From the human T2T-CHM13v2.0 reference genome, Homo sapiens, in NCBI RefSeq assembly GCF_009914755.1, contig NC_060940.1: 64,000 nucleotides of DNA; one strand, 5' to 3'. A model generated the notes under the pieces. The model made no database searches. It saw only the letters and a program-made list of their open reading frames with translations, and was not told the origin of the DNA. Shown one piece after another: positions 1 to 19,119 of this stretch (its first letter is position 1; every line of letters starts with the position of its first letter). The translations under genes and the position numbers were made by a program.

Positions 1-475
1 TCTCTTAGTTTGAGATACTCTTATAGACTTATTCACTACTATCCATTTTAGTATTCTTTTCAACCTTAGTTGTTTAATTGCCTGAGTGTTTTTTTCCCAG
101 TTATAACCTTTGTAAACAGGGTCGATTTAGAGTAAATTATGGTATTCAACAGACACTTAGCTTGATCTAAGTAGTATGTTGGAACATAAGTATAAATGAG
201 GAAATGGTCTGTCCTCAGGACATTCGGAATCTAATAGATAAAATATAAGCAGATACACAGAGGTGACGATTTTACTTTTATAATAGATGTATGAGCAATG
301 ATCTGTGTGCCAAGATAGTGTAACTGCTAAAAATATTTTAATGTACAAAAACCATAGAAAACCTTTTAATAAAAAGCAATACATGAAATCATGGAAAGTA
401 GAGTTATTCACATTGATTGTCAATCCTGGTCAAGTGAAGTAAAACCTCAGAGAATAATTTTATTCAGAATTTCTT

Positions 476-776
476 GAACTAGGCACAGTGGCTCATGCCT
501 GTAATTCCAGGACTTTGGGAGGCTGAGGCAGACAGATCACCTGAGGTCAGGAGTTCAAGACCAGCCTAACCAACATAGTGAAACCCCATCTTTACTAAAA
601 ATACAAAAATTAGCTAGGTGTGGTGGCAGGCATCTGTAATCCCAGCTACTCAAGAGGCTGAAGCAGGAGAATCTCTTGAACCCGAGAGGTGTAGGTTACA
701 GTGAGCCAAGATTGTGCCACTGCACTGAGGCCCAGGTGACAGAGTGAGATCTGTCTCAAAAAAAAAAAAAAAAAAA
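476..776 (+). mobile_element. Alu element (AluS-type), full length
   Basis: Dimeric Alu sequence with middle A-rich linker and A-tail; candidate TSD gaatttct at 467-474 and 778-785. Confidence 0.95.
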
Positions 777-1454
777 GGAATTTCTGAGTTCTGTTTTCAT
801 TATTTGGAAGGAAAGAAGGAGGGAAGGAAGGAAGGAAGTCAGTCCCATTGCTTTCCATCTCTTTTTCTTTAACTATTTCTTTTTACTTTACTGTTCTTAC
901 TTTTCTTTCTTCCCAACTTGCCATTTCAAGCCCCACCTACTCTACTCTCTAAAGATAGTTTTGATCATTTCTAGCCTTGCTGGTTCTATCCTCTCCACCC
1001 CAATACACACACATACACACACAATCTAATTAGCTAAACCATTTTTCCATCCTTAAATACTTCTCCATTTTTTTCTATATCCTTCTTCATCTTGGCCCAG
1101 TTAAAAGTATGTGGACAATAAAAATAGTGACATTATTAGTATTTCACTTGTGATCCAAGACTGTGCTAATTTTCTCTGTAGATGAATTTGTGATGCTTTA
1201 GAAAGATCATTCAATCTTCAGAGATATGTTGATTCTAAGTAGAAAGAGATAAAATACCTACTACTGTATCAGCACTGGGATAGTCATGAGAAAAAATGTA
1301 GATTAATGCCCTTACTAAGCTACTAAGGAAGGTGGTTTGTAAACCAACAGAGAGGTAAAAAGCCCAATTTATATGACACAGACTCTATTTAAAGAAAACT
1401 TAATTTTATATTATGAATATTCACTCTCCTATCTTATTCTGAACATAGGAAATA

Positions 1455-2200
1455 GCTCAGAGTTGTATTTATTTATTCCTCACTTTGTCCCAAAAAGGGA
1501 TTTAAGATAGCTTATGAGGATATTAAAATACATCAAAGCACGTAATTAGAAATAGGTGAGAAAGTAGAAAAATAACAAGAGCAGCAACCTGATGGAGAAC
1601 CAGAAATAGGGCAAAATAGAAGTATACTTTCAGAAAGTTTTATATACTTGCTACTATTTCTAAAATTTTCAGCAACCCATGTTGAAAAAATTTAATCAGC
1701 TATGACATTCATGATATTCAGAATATCAAAACAAACTATTGAGGAAGAGACGGTCAAATGAGGTAGGGTATTCTCCCAAGAGGGCTCAGGAAAGACACTA
1801 TATAATATAATGCATAGCATTATCAACAATATTCACAACATCTTTGCAGTAACCATGGTGAGTTCCATAAAGCAGCTCCCTGTAGCATTCTTCTATATAG
1901 GCTGATGGTACCATATTAAATTAAAATTCAATGTAAGACACTGTTGTTCCTTTCTGTAGGAGGGGGTGGGGATGGAGGAGTAAGAAAGTCTAGCTCAATA
2001 AGTAACAGTTTACTGGTCTGGCTGAATTATTGGTGGGGATTATAGACTACTGAGTGCAATGGGTTGTTATCATATTCTTCACTGAATCCTCAATAAGTAT
2101 TATTTCAAACTGTTGCCCTTTATCTATGTAAAATTTGGCGGCTATTTATTTGCCAATGAAATCAAAACTTACCTGACCTAACAGATATTCCAGTTAATAA
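1455..2200 (-). mobile_element. Possible ancient LINE relic (L4/RTE-X-like)
   Basis: tttattcctcactttgtcccaaaaagggatttaagatagc resembles the reversed 3' end of old mammalian L4-type LINEs; heavily diverged, recognised by eye only. Confidence 0.3.
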
Positions 2201-3059
2201 GTCCAGAAAAGCCTTGCCTTGGTTGTGGGAAAATATAGGCAAAGGCTATAAACACTTAGCAATGGCTTTTAATCTACCAAACAGAAACAGGAGAACAAAT
2301 ATGTCTGAGGATAATAGAGAAAATACGCGTAAAATACTCTTTAAGGATATTGCCATACTTTTCAAATTTCTGTTAATTAATGTCTATCTAGATGTGGGCC
2401 TGTGAAAATCAGAGGGTGAGATCTGGGAGGTGAATCCTCAAATTTAGACATGGAAGAACTGAGTTTTATTTCTAGCCTTGAAATTAGTTCACTTAATTAT
2501 GTTGTATCTCAATTTTACTATGTAATGATGGCTCTAGTATTTCCTCCTCCAAACATCTTATGATTGCATTGTCAAGTTGATCAAGTTGTTGGCATTACAC
2601 AAGATTTCCACCTGGTCACAGGGTTCCACTGAGCATAATCAAACAAAATTTAAAATATACATAAATGATACTTTTTAAAAGTATCAGTCTTGTCATTGAA
2701 CTGTATCTATTCCACAGTTACAGGCATGGAGAGGCAGAGACTCTCCCTTGGACGTAATTCTTTGCCTATTCTCTGCCTGAAAAGTTGCCCCTTCTCTTTG
2801 TTGACTTTCAGTCCTCAAGGATAATTTGAAAGGTGGAGCTTATGGGAGCCCTAACATGGTGATGTGATGTCTGTTTTCTAATGCTCATTTGGCCACTCAC
2901 AGATGTCACATTCAACAATTTTATTTCCCCTTTGTGAGAATCAGTATCTTCCATGGAAAATCATAGATTGAATTGAACTGAGTTTTTTGATGATATGACA
3001 AATTTTCTGATCTTAACTATAAAGCTCATTATAAGAAAAGTACTTGGAGAAGACAAGAC

Positions 3060-3265
3060 ACCCATTGGATGAAATATTTATTTTGTATCAGGCATGTTGA
3101 TATTTATCTAAACCTAACCATAATCCTTGGATAAAGAAGAACTGCAGCTATTTTTTTGAGAGACTTATTTACTACCTCTCAGCATCAAAATTATGCAGCT
3201 AGTGACTGGTAGAGCCCAGATTTCAACCCAGATATCCTGTTTCAAGCCCCCTACACTTTCACAGA
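3060..3265 (-). mobile_element. MIR SINE remnant
   Basis: MIR core-like motif gcagctagtgactggtagagcccagatttcaacccag. Confidence 0.55.
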
Positions 3266-3628
3266 CGATGCTACCGTTCACTTTTTAAGATCACAACCAA
3301 AAGCTCTTTACATCTAGGGCATCCAAATAGTCTCGAATTTTATCACATTTCTTTTTTTTTTTTTTTTTTAGATGAAATAAAGTTTATATCTTTATTTTTA
3401 TTTTTATTTTTTATTTATTTTTTATTATACTTTAAGTTTTAGGGTACATGTGCACATTCTGCAGGTTAGTTACATATGTATACATGTCCCATGCTGGTGC
3501 GCTGCAGCCACTAACTCGTCATCTAGCATTAGGTATATCTCCCAATGCTATCCCTCCCCCTTCCCCCCACCCCACAACAGTCCCCAGAGTGTGATATTCC
3601 CCTTCCTGTGTCCATGTGATCTCATTGT

Positions 3629-7451
<3,823 letters not shown>

Positions 7452-7514
7452 TATGATGTTAGCTGGTTATTTTGCTCGTTAGTTGATGCAGTTTCTTCCT
7501 AGTCTCGATGGTCT

Positions 7515-8532
7515 TTACATTTTGGCATGATTTTGCAGCGGCTGGTACCGGTTGTTCCTTTCCATGTTTAGCACTTCCTTCAGGAGCTCTTTTAGGGCAG
7601 GCCTGGTGGTGACAAAATCTCTCAGCATTTGCTTGTCTGTAAAGTATTTTATTTCTCCTTCACTTATGAAGCTTAGTTTGGCTGGATATGAAATTCTGGG
7701 TTGAAAATTCTTTTCTTTAAGAATGTTGAATATTGGCCCCCACTCTCTTCTGGCTTGTAGGGTTTCTGCCGAGAGATCCGCTGTTAGTCTGATGGGCTTC
7801 CCTTTGAGGGTAACCCGACCTTTCTCTCTGGCTGCCCTTAACATTTTTTCCTTCATTTCAACTTTGGTGAATCTGACAATTATGTGTCTTGGAGTTGCTC
7901 TTCTCGAGGAGTATCTTTGTGGCGTTCTCTGTATTTCCTGAATTTGAACGTTGGCCTGCCTTGCTAGATTGGGGAAGTTCTCCTGGATAATATCCTGCAG
8001 AGTGTTTTCCAACTTGGTTCCATTCTCCCCATCACTTTCAGGTACACCAATCAGACGTAGATTTGGTCTTTTCACATAGTCCCATATTTCTTGGAGGCTT
8101 TGCTCATTTCTTTTTATTCTTTTTTCTCTAAACTTCCCTTCTCGCTTCATTTCATTCATTTCATCTTCCATTGCTGATACCCTTTCTTCCAGTTGATCTC
8201 ATCGGCTCCTGAGGCTTCTGCATTCTTCACGTAGTTCTCGAGCCTTGGTTTTCAGCTCCATCAGCTCCTTTAAGCACTTCTCTGTATTGGTTATTCTAGT
8301 TATACATTCTTCTAAATTTTTTTCAAAGTTTTCAACTTCTTTGCCTTTGGTTTGAATGTCTTCCCATAGCTCAGAGTAATTTGATCGTCTGAAGCCTTCT
8401 TCTCTCAGCTCGTCAAAGTCATTCTCCATCCAGCTTTGTTCCATTGCTGGTGAGGAACTGCGTTCCTTTGGAGGAGGAGAGGCGCTCTGCTGTTTAGAGT
8501 ATCCAGTTTTTCTGTTCTGTTTTTTTCCCCAT
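7515..8532 (-). pseudogene. L1 ORF1p, disrupted
   Basis: ATG at 8532 followed by GGG and 7 A (consensus 6), a +1 frameshift; in-frame TGA at 8199-8201; residual ORFs 8199-8444 and 7515-8171 match ORF1p (ARREWG, YPAKLS motifs). Confidence 0.95.
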
Positions 8533-9439
8533 CTTTGTGGTTTTATCTACTTTTGGTCTTTGATGATGGTGATGTACAGATGGGTTTTTGGTGTGGATGT
8601 CCTTTCTGTTTGTTAGTTTTCCTTCTAACAGACAGGACCCTCAGCTGCAGGTCTGTTGGAATACCCTGCCGTGTGAGGTGTCAGTGTGCCCCTGCTGGGG
8701 GGTGCCTTCCAGTTAGGCTGCTCAGGGCTCAGGGGTCAGGGACCCACTTGAGGAGGCAGTCTGCCCGTTCTCAGATCTCCAGCTGCGTGCTGGGAGAACC
8801 ACTGCTCTCTTCTAAGCTGTCAGACAGGGACATTTAAGTCTGCAGAGTTTACTGCTGTCTTTTTGTTTGTCTGTGCCCTGCCCCCAAGAGGTGGAGCCTA
8901 CAGAGGCAGGCAGGCCTCCTTGAGCTGTGGTGGGCTCCACCCAGTTGGAGCTTCCAGGCTGCTTTGTTTACCTAATCAAGCCTGGGCAATGGCGGGCGCC
9001 CCTTTCCCAGCCTTGCTGCCGCCTTGCAGTTTGATCTCAGACTGCTGTGCTAGCAATCAGCGAGACTCCGTGGGCGTAGGACCCTCCTAGCCAGGTGCGG
9101 GATATAATCTTGTGGTGCGCCGTTTTTTAAGCCAGTCGGAAAAGCGCAATATTCGGGTGGGAGTGACCCGATTTTCCAGGTGCCGTCCCTCACCCCTTTC
9201 TTTGCCTCGGAAAGGGAACTCCCTGACCCCTTGCACTTCCCAAGTGAGGCAATGCCTCGCCCTACTTTGGCTCGTACACGGTGCGCGCACCCACTGACCT
9301 GTGCCCACTGTCTGGCACTCCCTAGTGAGATGAACCCGGTACCTCAGATGGAAATGCAGAAATCACCGTCTTCTGCATCGCTCACGCGGGGAGCTGTAGA
9401 CCGGAGCTATTCCTATTCGGCCATCTTGGCTCCTCCCCC
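8533..9439 (-). promoter_or_regulatory. L1 5'UTR internal sense promoter plus antisense promoter
   Basis: CpG-rich 907-bp 5'UTR; YY1 site CAAGATGGC intact (9420-9428 on minus strand); the antisense promoter of primate L1 would fire on the + strand. Confidence 0.85.
8989..9090 (+). pseudogene. L1 ORF0, truncated to 33 aa
   Basis: MAGAPFPALLPPCSLISDCCASNQRDSVGVGPS then TAG (9088-9090) where intact ORF0 has Glu. Confidence 0.85.
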
Positions 9440-10254
9440 TCACATTTCTAATTATAGATATTTATTTGCTTAGAAGAGGAAGTTGACTATTAAAATTTTA
9501 ATAAAAAGAAATGATAGTTATTAGATTAGGAAATATTATAATGTCACTCTAAAGCATGTTTGGTATATTCTGATAATAGATAATGAATTATAATCTTGCT
9601 TGTGCAACTCCTCGTTTAATGAAATGGCTATTTCTCTGTGTGACATTTCATTACAACACCAGAATCAAGGACTTGAGAATTTATTTTTCCCCCTATTATT
9701 CAAAAATATTACAAAATGCAGTTTCACTGTCATTAGGATGTACTTAAACCACAAGGTGTTACAAGATCTAATCTCTGGGATAATGTCTGCATTAAAGAAT
9801 TTGTGTCAGCTCAACCCTTTCTCTTCTCTGTGAAGAATAACAGCATAACTAAATGATCTTTAAGATGGCAATAAAAGCTTTTCCTGCTTCACAGTTCATC
9901 ACTGGCTTCTTTTCTGATGAGCTCTAAAAATTCTGAAAGCTAACACTTTGCTTTAGAGAGATGAGAGAAACATTTCCCCTCACTTGTTCAAACTTTTTCC
10001 AACTGTGTCTATTTCCTTCCCAATAATTGTACAGAAGATAGTAGACTTGAAAGAGGTATGCATTTGAATCTCTATGTTTCTAGTTCAAAATAGAGGTGAA
10101 ATCTCTATTCACAAATATTCTTAATTAGAGGAATATGAAGTATGAAAGCCTAGGAAGAAAACATTTTATTAAGAGCCTTGCTTGTGGAGTGAATGACTGT
10201 CTTTCTTGGATAGAAATTCAATGGTGGGAGTCTGTTTGAAGGTTAAAAGTCTTG

Positions 10255-10569
<315 letters not shown>

Positions 10570-11194
10570 TTAAAAGTCTTGTTGGACAATGTATTTTCTC
10601 TGTCTTTGAATTGGAACTCTTCACTTGAGGAGAGAAGGACAAGAGAGCTCCACAAAGGGAGAGTTTTGATCATTACTGGCACATCTAAACATCTGTGTTT
10701 AGATGCAAAATACTTGTGAATGATTCATGTAAGTGGGGCACCATTCACTTCTGACCAATCTGCCTAAGTGCCAAGATAGTGAAGCCAGCTGTAATATCCA
10801 ATTTACACTAAGCCCCTTCCCTATCATATTTCATTTAACTGTTGAGCTTGTCATTTATTTATTACAACACAGCAGTATTACAACAGGTCCACATTTCACT
10901 CTCCATAATGAGAAATCTCTAAGGGAAATCTTCATTTTCTTTTATGGCTTAAGAACAACTCATCTTCCATTTTTCACGAAGTATCATGAGTCCTAAATTC
11001 AGGAAAAAAATTCTGGTCCAAGGTACTAGATATAAAACATATATCTCAAAAGGCCTAGATGTTTTATTCAGGGATGGCTATATCAATTTCTTATATATTG
11101 TCTACACGGATATCCTTACCAGAACCTGGTTAACATGGGTTTACTGCTGCAGAGAATCAGAGTAAGATTACATATCTGGAAAAATAACAACCAT

Positions 11195-11450
11195 CATTTT
11201 TTTCAACATATGTTTATTGAGCTTCTACTGTGGGCCAAGCACTCTGCAATGGTTGGTGAGGATAACACAGATTTTTTTTGGATCAGATTCTGCTTTTATA
11301 TAACTTATAGCCAAGAAGGACAGATATACCCATAAGTGCCAATTGTAAGACAGGGAGTGATACATGACCCAAGTAAGGGAGTAGGGAGAAAAGTGTTATA
11401 GATATGTAGGGGAGAGCTCGGGGAAAAGTTAATGGAGAAGATAGTATAAT
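11195..11450 (-). mobile_element. L2 LINE 3' fragment
   Basis: caacatatgtttattgagcttctactgtgggccaagcact is the reverse complement of a typical L2 3' end. Confidence 0.55.
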
Positions 11451-11699
11451 AATATTTTTTAAAGAACTGATAAAATTGGAAACCTACATAATTTACTTAT
11501 CAAGTGATAAAATTTAAAAATCAACTGGCAGGAAGATATACATGTGCATTTAAGCAAGATGTGGAGTTGACTTCTAGGTCACTCTAGGAACAAAATGCCT
11601 CTGAATTTTCAAATGTAATTTGGCTTGGGGATTTTGATCCCAATTTTGTTGATTATCATGACAATAATCATAACCTGTCGTGAAGAATGAAGTTAGCTG

Positions 11700-12062
11700 T
11701 TAGCCTCCAGCTTCAGTTCCTTCAGAATCCACCCGGCTGCTCCAGCCCAGGCCATGCCCTTCCTGGTCAGCTCTCAGCCAGTAACTGAACATAATGCGGT
11801 CCTAGGCCCTGCTCATTTCTCCACAACTCTGTTCTCCTCTCAGGCCATCCCCCTGCCGGGACTCCCTGTGGGGCTGGCCTAAATATCCCCAGAGCTCTAC
11901 CACCATTGAGGCTCTTCCTTCCGGACTCCCTTCCTTCTGCCCTTTCACATTGCAGCCTGGAGGATCCCCCCCACATATCCCAGGTCCCTCTCTTTTCTCT
12001 TTAAGGAGCATCAGCCCCAATTAACTTCTTGATGTCTGCTTTCTGGAAGACCCAAACTGACA
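11700..12062 (+). mobile_element. Old ERVL-class solo LTR (LTR16-like)
   Basis: Locally GC-rich block ending ccccaattaacttcttgatgtctgctttctggaagacccaaactgaca, typical of LTR16-family 3' ends. Confidence 0.5.
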
Positions 12063-14375
12063 ATGTAGCTGTCACGTCTTTAGTCCTCATAAACATTGAT
12101 TAAATATTGGGGATTTTACTTACTTGCATTTTATCGTTAAAGGGACAGACAGGGAAGTTAAATGGTTTGTCCATTTTCTCAAAACTGTTAAATGGTGAAA
12201 GTGACGTTGGATCGCCTTTCTGAATAGAGTATGCATGTCCTTAGATATACTTCAGTGTTTAAGAGGAGTCTATTGTGATTCTTTTTGTTTAGTGAAATCT
12301 CATTTTAAACTTCAATCAATCAATCAGTCACTTGGGGCACTCACTCTTTTTCTTTTTGGTGAATCTAGATTTGCACATGTTGGGTTAAAAAGGATTCCTG
12401 TGAGAATATATTTTGTGCTGATTTAGATGTCTTTTTTTTTTTTTTTTTTTTTTTTAACAGAAGGGTCAGCGTGTGTCTTTCTGGCAGGACTGCCATTAGC
12501 TTCACTCCAGGCTGGAGTTTTAGCAGCATTCTGATCCCCAGCTTAAAACAAACAAACAAACAAACAAACAAAAAGCACATGGGCAAGACATTGCACAGGC
12601 TCTTGCTGCCCTGATTGCTTTCATTGTTGAAGCACACCTATTGCTTTTCTTTCGCAGGCTCTTCAATCAGACCGATGCCATCACCCCCTAGCCTGATATT
12701 CAAGGCCTCATTGCCTGCTCTCTCCAACTCTGCTTCATAATCTATGTGGCAACAACAACCAACTTTTGATTAGTCCTCAAAAAGCCTTTACCCCTGAGCA
12801 TTTTCAGACGTCTTTCAAGCTAAATACATTCTGCCCTCCCTCAAATCAAGGCTTTTTCACTAAGAGCTCTCTCTCTTTTTAAACATTTTAAGCTAGGTGA
12901 ATGGGGAAGGAAGGACCTACACATGCCTAAAGTCCTTGCTAGATAACTTCTATCGGAAGCCTTTAGTCACTCGCTAAAATGGATTTGTTTGTCCCTACGA
13001 TTAGCTCCACAGTCCAAAGAGTATGTACTTGAAGCAGGAGATAATCCTAAGAGAAGAGGTGATCCTAATATAGCACCTGGCACACAGTATAAAGGCACTG
13101 CATGAATTAATATTAAAATGATGTACATTATAAAAATATCTATTTGTGTCACTAAACTTTGAGTCGCTGAAAAATTAGAATTCTATAATTTTCATTTTGA
13201 ATCTATTTCCTCCAAAAGAGTCTTGTATCCGATGGCTCCCCAATACATGTATAACTGGCGAATTCAGATCAATGTGGAAAAATAATATTTATTGCTAAAC
13301 ATGATTGCCATTTACTGTAGACAGTGAAGTATAGTGAGAAAAAACATACAGTAAATTTTCAATATGATCTGTCTCCAAGAATTAAAATAGCCACAAATTA
13401 TTATGTATTATTGTCCTTTTGTGATAAGTAATTCTGCTTTGTTAAAGATTTTGTTTCTTCAATGGGAAAAAGCATCATAAACTAAAAGTTGTCAGGAATT
13501 GCCATTCTTTTTCAGTCATCAGATGTTAATAGTTACCCAAAGGTTTTTGTAGCCATACCATTACTTGGAATCGAGCAGGGGAAATTACCCGTAATGGCAT
13601 TAACCTCTTGAACTTCTTTTAGTATCTCTGCCTCTAAGGGAAAAAAATTCCCTGGTGTAGTTGTTTGGATCTGGTCAAATTCTCTAAGAATTGTTAAACT
13701 CTCTGGACAACATGTCTAGTGTAAACTTTCCTCTAAATAATAAATTTGTAGTTCAGCAACAAGCTAGACATCTCTGGGTAACATTTCCACCTTCTTGTTT
13801 ACATTGTATGTCCAGCCTTTGGAAAAGCGTTTGGTAAAATATAAACTGGTTGGAAAAAAAATTAAAATATCACCAACACTATTTTTAAAAGAGAAATATT
13901 TATAATAGCTGGAAGTCATACTTAAGATTATAACATTTTAGGATATAGTGTGTTTGCAGTCAGATGTGAAATCAATGTACAAAGGGTCAAGACAAAGAAT
14001 ATTTCTCCTCCAGGCATTTCTAAAAAGAAAAAAAAGACCACTATATAGCCTCAATATCTCCAATGACCTAAATTCTCCAGGCAGTTAATAGAAGACGAAA
14101 ATTTAAAAAGAACATGAGAGAGAACAGCATTTCATGATTCAGTGATGTTTCTTGAGGGAGGCAGGCTGCAAAAACAGAATAGGAACTTCATTTGAGGCTT
14201 GCTGTACATCCAACCACTGCTTCTCTCTTGCTTCTGCTCATTAAGCTTATAGTAAATTGCACCAGAAATACAATGACTTATAAGAAGAAAAGTGACACAT
14301 TCTACTTAGAAAAAATCTGTAAAGCTAGAACTGAGAAAATAAAACCAAAGTACTCAGCAGATAAAATGTAAGTGA

Positions 14376-14744
<369 letters not shown>

Positions 14745-16057
14745 TCATAAAGTTGGCTAGACAATTGCAGTGATCTATGGAGACTGACCAACACCTTTCT
14801 GATCCCTAAGGCTCATAAGTTAGAAGAACAACCAGAGTGTAAGCTCTGGATCTGACATTAGGAAAAAAGCAGATATAAAACAAAATTAAAACTGCAGTGG
14901 TCATGGTGGTAATATATTGTTCATCGGAGGTTTGTAGAATTAAAAAAGATTGTCACTGGAGTGGAAGGATTCAAGTTTAAATGCCTTTTGTATTTGAAGA
15001 AGTGTGAAGTTAACGCATACCCTTGAATGTCATTATTTAATGACATTTTACACCTACATAATCTCCCCTCTTTCTTATAATTAGGGTTGGCAAGGATCAG
15101 GGTCAGAAAAACCTCGTATCCAGCAAATGTAGATATTAAATATTAATAGGAGGTAGAAATAAACAATCCCAAATTGACTAGCTCTATAAATGTAGGCTGG
15201 GCTTTGATTCATTTTTTAAGGCCATAGGTCATGACAAAGAATATTTATCCTTTGGACATTTCTAAGAATATATGAGCTGTAGTTTATCTTCCTTGCCTCA
15301 CAATTCCATACATTTAGAAAAAAAGGGCCAATGGACTTCATAAATTGTCTTCTCAAAAAATCCTTTACTTTACTGATCAGGATATTAAGGCTCCGAGAGC
15401 ATAAGTGAGTTATATCCTGAAACTTAAAGCAGGCATAAGCCAGGAATAGATCTCAGCTATCCACGTGTCACTGTCATAAATAACTATACAAGATTATTTG
15501 TTAGTTGTACTCTTTTTATTTCCCAAAAGAAAAGTTGATATAAATTCTTGGATGCCTGGCTATTCCCTAGAACATGATCTTTTTTTTTTCACTTAACTTT
15601 TTTAAATGAATGAAGAAATCTCTTAGCTTTTTAAACAAATATTTACTGATGCCATATAGGAATTTTGCTAGCTCTAGGCACTGGGTATGTAGAGATATAT
15701 AAATCAAGGATATTAATAAAGGAATGGACTTTATTCCAATGCTACCTATTAGTAGGTTTAATTTTTTCCCGTTCCTCATAGCTCATTGGCTGCTGCACAG
15801 ATTCTCACATGCTGAGTAGGATGTCTTGAGACAGCCAGCTTGCTTCTGATGGTCAAAATGGTGTCAGGACCTTCTGTAGCACATCAGTAGTTGCCTGCAT
15901 GAAGTTTGATATGTGTTTATACACAAAAGGTGACATCTTTGGAAGAAAGGAGAAAAGGGTTTTGTTACTCATCTGCCTCTGATAAGCTGTGTGATTTTGA
16001 GAAAGTCACATTTTCTCAGTGAACCTTGGTTTTATCAAGCAATAGTTTTCCATCCAG

Positions 16058-16417
<360 letters not shown>

Positions 16418-19119
16418 TAAGAATTATAGCTAAAGATGTTGAACAGATGACATTTATAAGTTTAATTATTTTCATTATGAATGCAATTATAGTTGCAGGT
16501 CCTTGAAAGAAAAGCATTTTTACTGAGTAATTGTTCATTATAGCATGGTGTTAATGGGCATTAAGGCCAGGGGCTTTTCCTTTTTTCAGCCACACCGGTG
16601 ATGTTTCTCCATTACTCCCCTGAATTGCTACATTGAAGGACATGATAGCAATGCTATTGCCCCAAGAAGGGCAGGTTGTGTAAACTATTAAGAGATCCCT
16701 AGACTGAAAAATAGACACAGCTGAATTCTACTGTCTGTCCCACTATTTATTAGATTTTGGGTAAATGGCTTAAATTCACTGAACCCAAGTTACCACAATC
16801 ATAAAGTGAAGTGATGGTGCCAGGTTTATTTCAGCACCATTTTTCATAGCTACAGGACTACAGTTTACTCCTTTCACTAGGGTATTCCTTACTGTGGCCT
16901 GCCAGGTATGCTGTGGAGTGGGAATAAACTTGGGTTTCACCCCCTTATGCCTTGGATTGCTAACATTCCTACTGGAACATTGTCTGGGGGACTATTGGGA
17001 GACCTCATCTGGCAGAGGAAACGGCCACTAACATCTATATTTGATGGCTGTTAGGAATACTGGAATTGTGTGCCACATCTGTTTCCTGAAGATCATGTTA
17101 ACTTCTAGAATGTTTCTTGGTGTCAGGTGTTTCGGCACAGTGATGCGGATAATTCCTCCCCTTTAATATGTTGGGAGAGAGTTAGGGTGTGGGAGGAGTC
17201 TAGGATGAATACCTGAGTTTTGTCTTAATATGCATCATATATATCATGTAATAGGTATCAATTGTTTGCAAAACACCATCCTGTGTGCAATATGCCTATT
17301 AAACAGTAACGAGATATTATTTCAACTATTTCAAGAAGAGAACAGAAATTAAGGGAAAGTAAGTAATCGAAGTACACAAATGTTGAATATTTTTATAAGA
17401 TAACTTATTACTAACCAACAATTCCAGAATTTGAACATATACCTGGTGGATTGAGAGTCTAACTTTGAACATACAGAAGGTAATATGCCATAATAATATT
17501 AAAATCAGGAAAATTTATTTCAGATAATATCTTGTCAAACATCTTAAATTTACAAATGAGGTCAAATTTACGAATGAGAGCCAGGGGTTGAATGTTTATC
17601 TTCCCAAGGCCAGCAAGTATCCGCACTAAAAATATCTAAGCAGGACTCTCTAGCTACCAACCCAATGTTCTCCTCACTAGAGAGATATTTTTTTCATTCC
17701 AGTTTTCTTACCTTCCCCAATACCAAAAGTGCTTATTATATATGAGCTTGCAGATGATGACATCAAGAGGGAAGTGAGGCAAGATATTAACTGACCACCT
17801 GTTTTGTCTGAGATTCTAGGTGAGTCAGTTTTGCCATTTAATCTTTAAAAATCATGATGCGGCAGAGACAGACAGGGACGCTGAAGTCAGAGGTTACGTC
17901 ACTTCATAAAGATGAGAACAGAGCCAGGAAAAATTCAAATTCCTTATTGGATTGTCTCAAAGACTTTTTAGATAAAACACTTTGGAAAGTTTAAGTTGAA
18001 ATTATAAATTAAATTTAAAAATTTAAATTTATTTAAAATGCTAGGCAGTTTGAATTAAAAGATACGTTACCTCATTATTACATTTTATAATGCCCCTCAA
18101 GTTTTTATGTTCAAAATTTTCCCCCAGAAGGCAAGAATAGTTTCTTTGAACTATGACTGCTACTGTTTTACTCTGAGTCATTTTTGGTGTGTAAATTGTG
18201 CATATTTGAATAGTTCGTAAGCTTCTGCAATCTATATCTGGGACAATTCCAAATTCCATCCTGCCTAGTTCTAAAACCATGAGAAAAGCAAAAAATTCAA
18301 TTCATTTGAATTTCTCTAATAGCTGGGTAAGGGCTGATCATTGACAGAATTGTGGAACCCTATTGAATATTTACTTGTATGGATAGTAATTATATGAGCT
18401 TCTCGATCTCACCAGAAGGATGTATTTTTAGTATCTTTATTGTCTTGGTTTTAAGGTAAAGTAAAACCTATTTGGTAATGAGTTTTGTGGATCTATCGCA
18501 GAGAAGTTTAAATTATTCTCTTATTCAGGCCAGGGACAAACAAGGGAGCAAGAGGGATTAGATAAATTAAATAGATGATTAACTGTGAGTAAAAATTTTA
18601 TCAACTCTTAGCAAGGGTTCAGACAGTCAGACATCATATACCAGGCAGAGTGAGAGAAAAGTTGCTTCTCTAATCTAGAGAAGAATAGGTGGCTGCAGTT
18701 TAGGATCTTGCATAGTTCTTTGAAAGACAAAACAAACAACAAATAAACAAACCCAAATATGACTAGAAATAGAGACCTCTTTGAGGGCTTTTACATGTAG
18801 GTCCCCACTCTGAATGCTCCATCTATTGATTCTCGTAGGACCATCTTTTCTTTAGCAAGATACAGATATTTGGCCCTTTGGGGATCAGTTCTCATTTTTG
18901 TTGTGTGAATAAATAATCTTGATTAAGAAAAAACGCTTTCTAAACTCACTTGCTCCTTTTGCTGTGGTTTTTTTAAAAAGCTGCATATTGTAACGACTTT
19001 ATGTGTAAATATTTTAGAATAAAAATTGTAAAGTACAACTGTGTTTTGCTTAAAATGTTAAAAACTCAGAACAACATGATTTAACAAATAAGCAATTTAG
19101 AAAGGAGATACTCAAGAAC

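Noticed and set aside
8850-9439. CpG-rich stretch as a host gene CpG island
   Set aside because: Fully explained by the L1 5'UTR.
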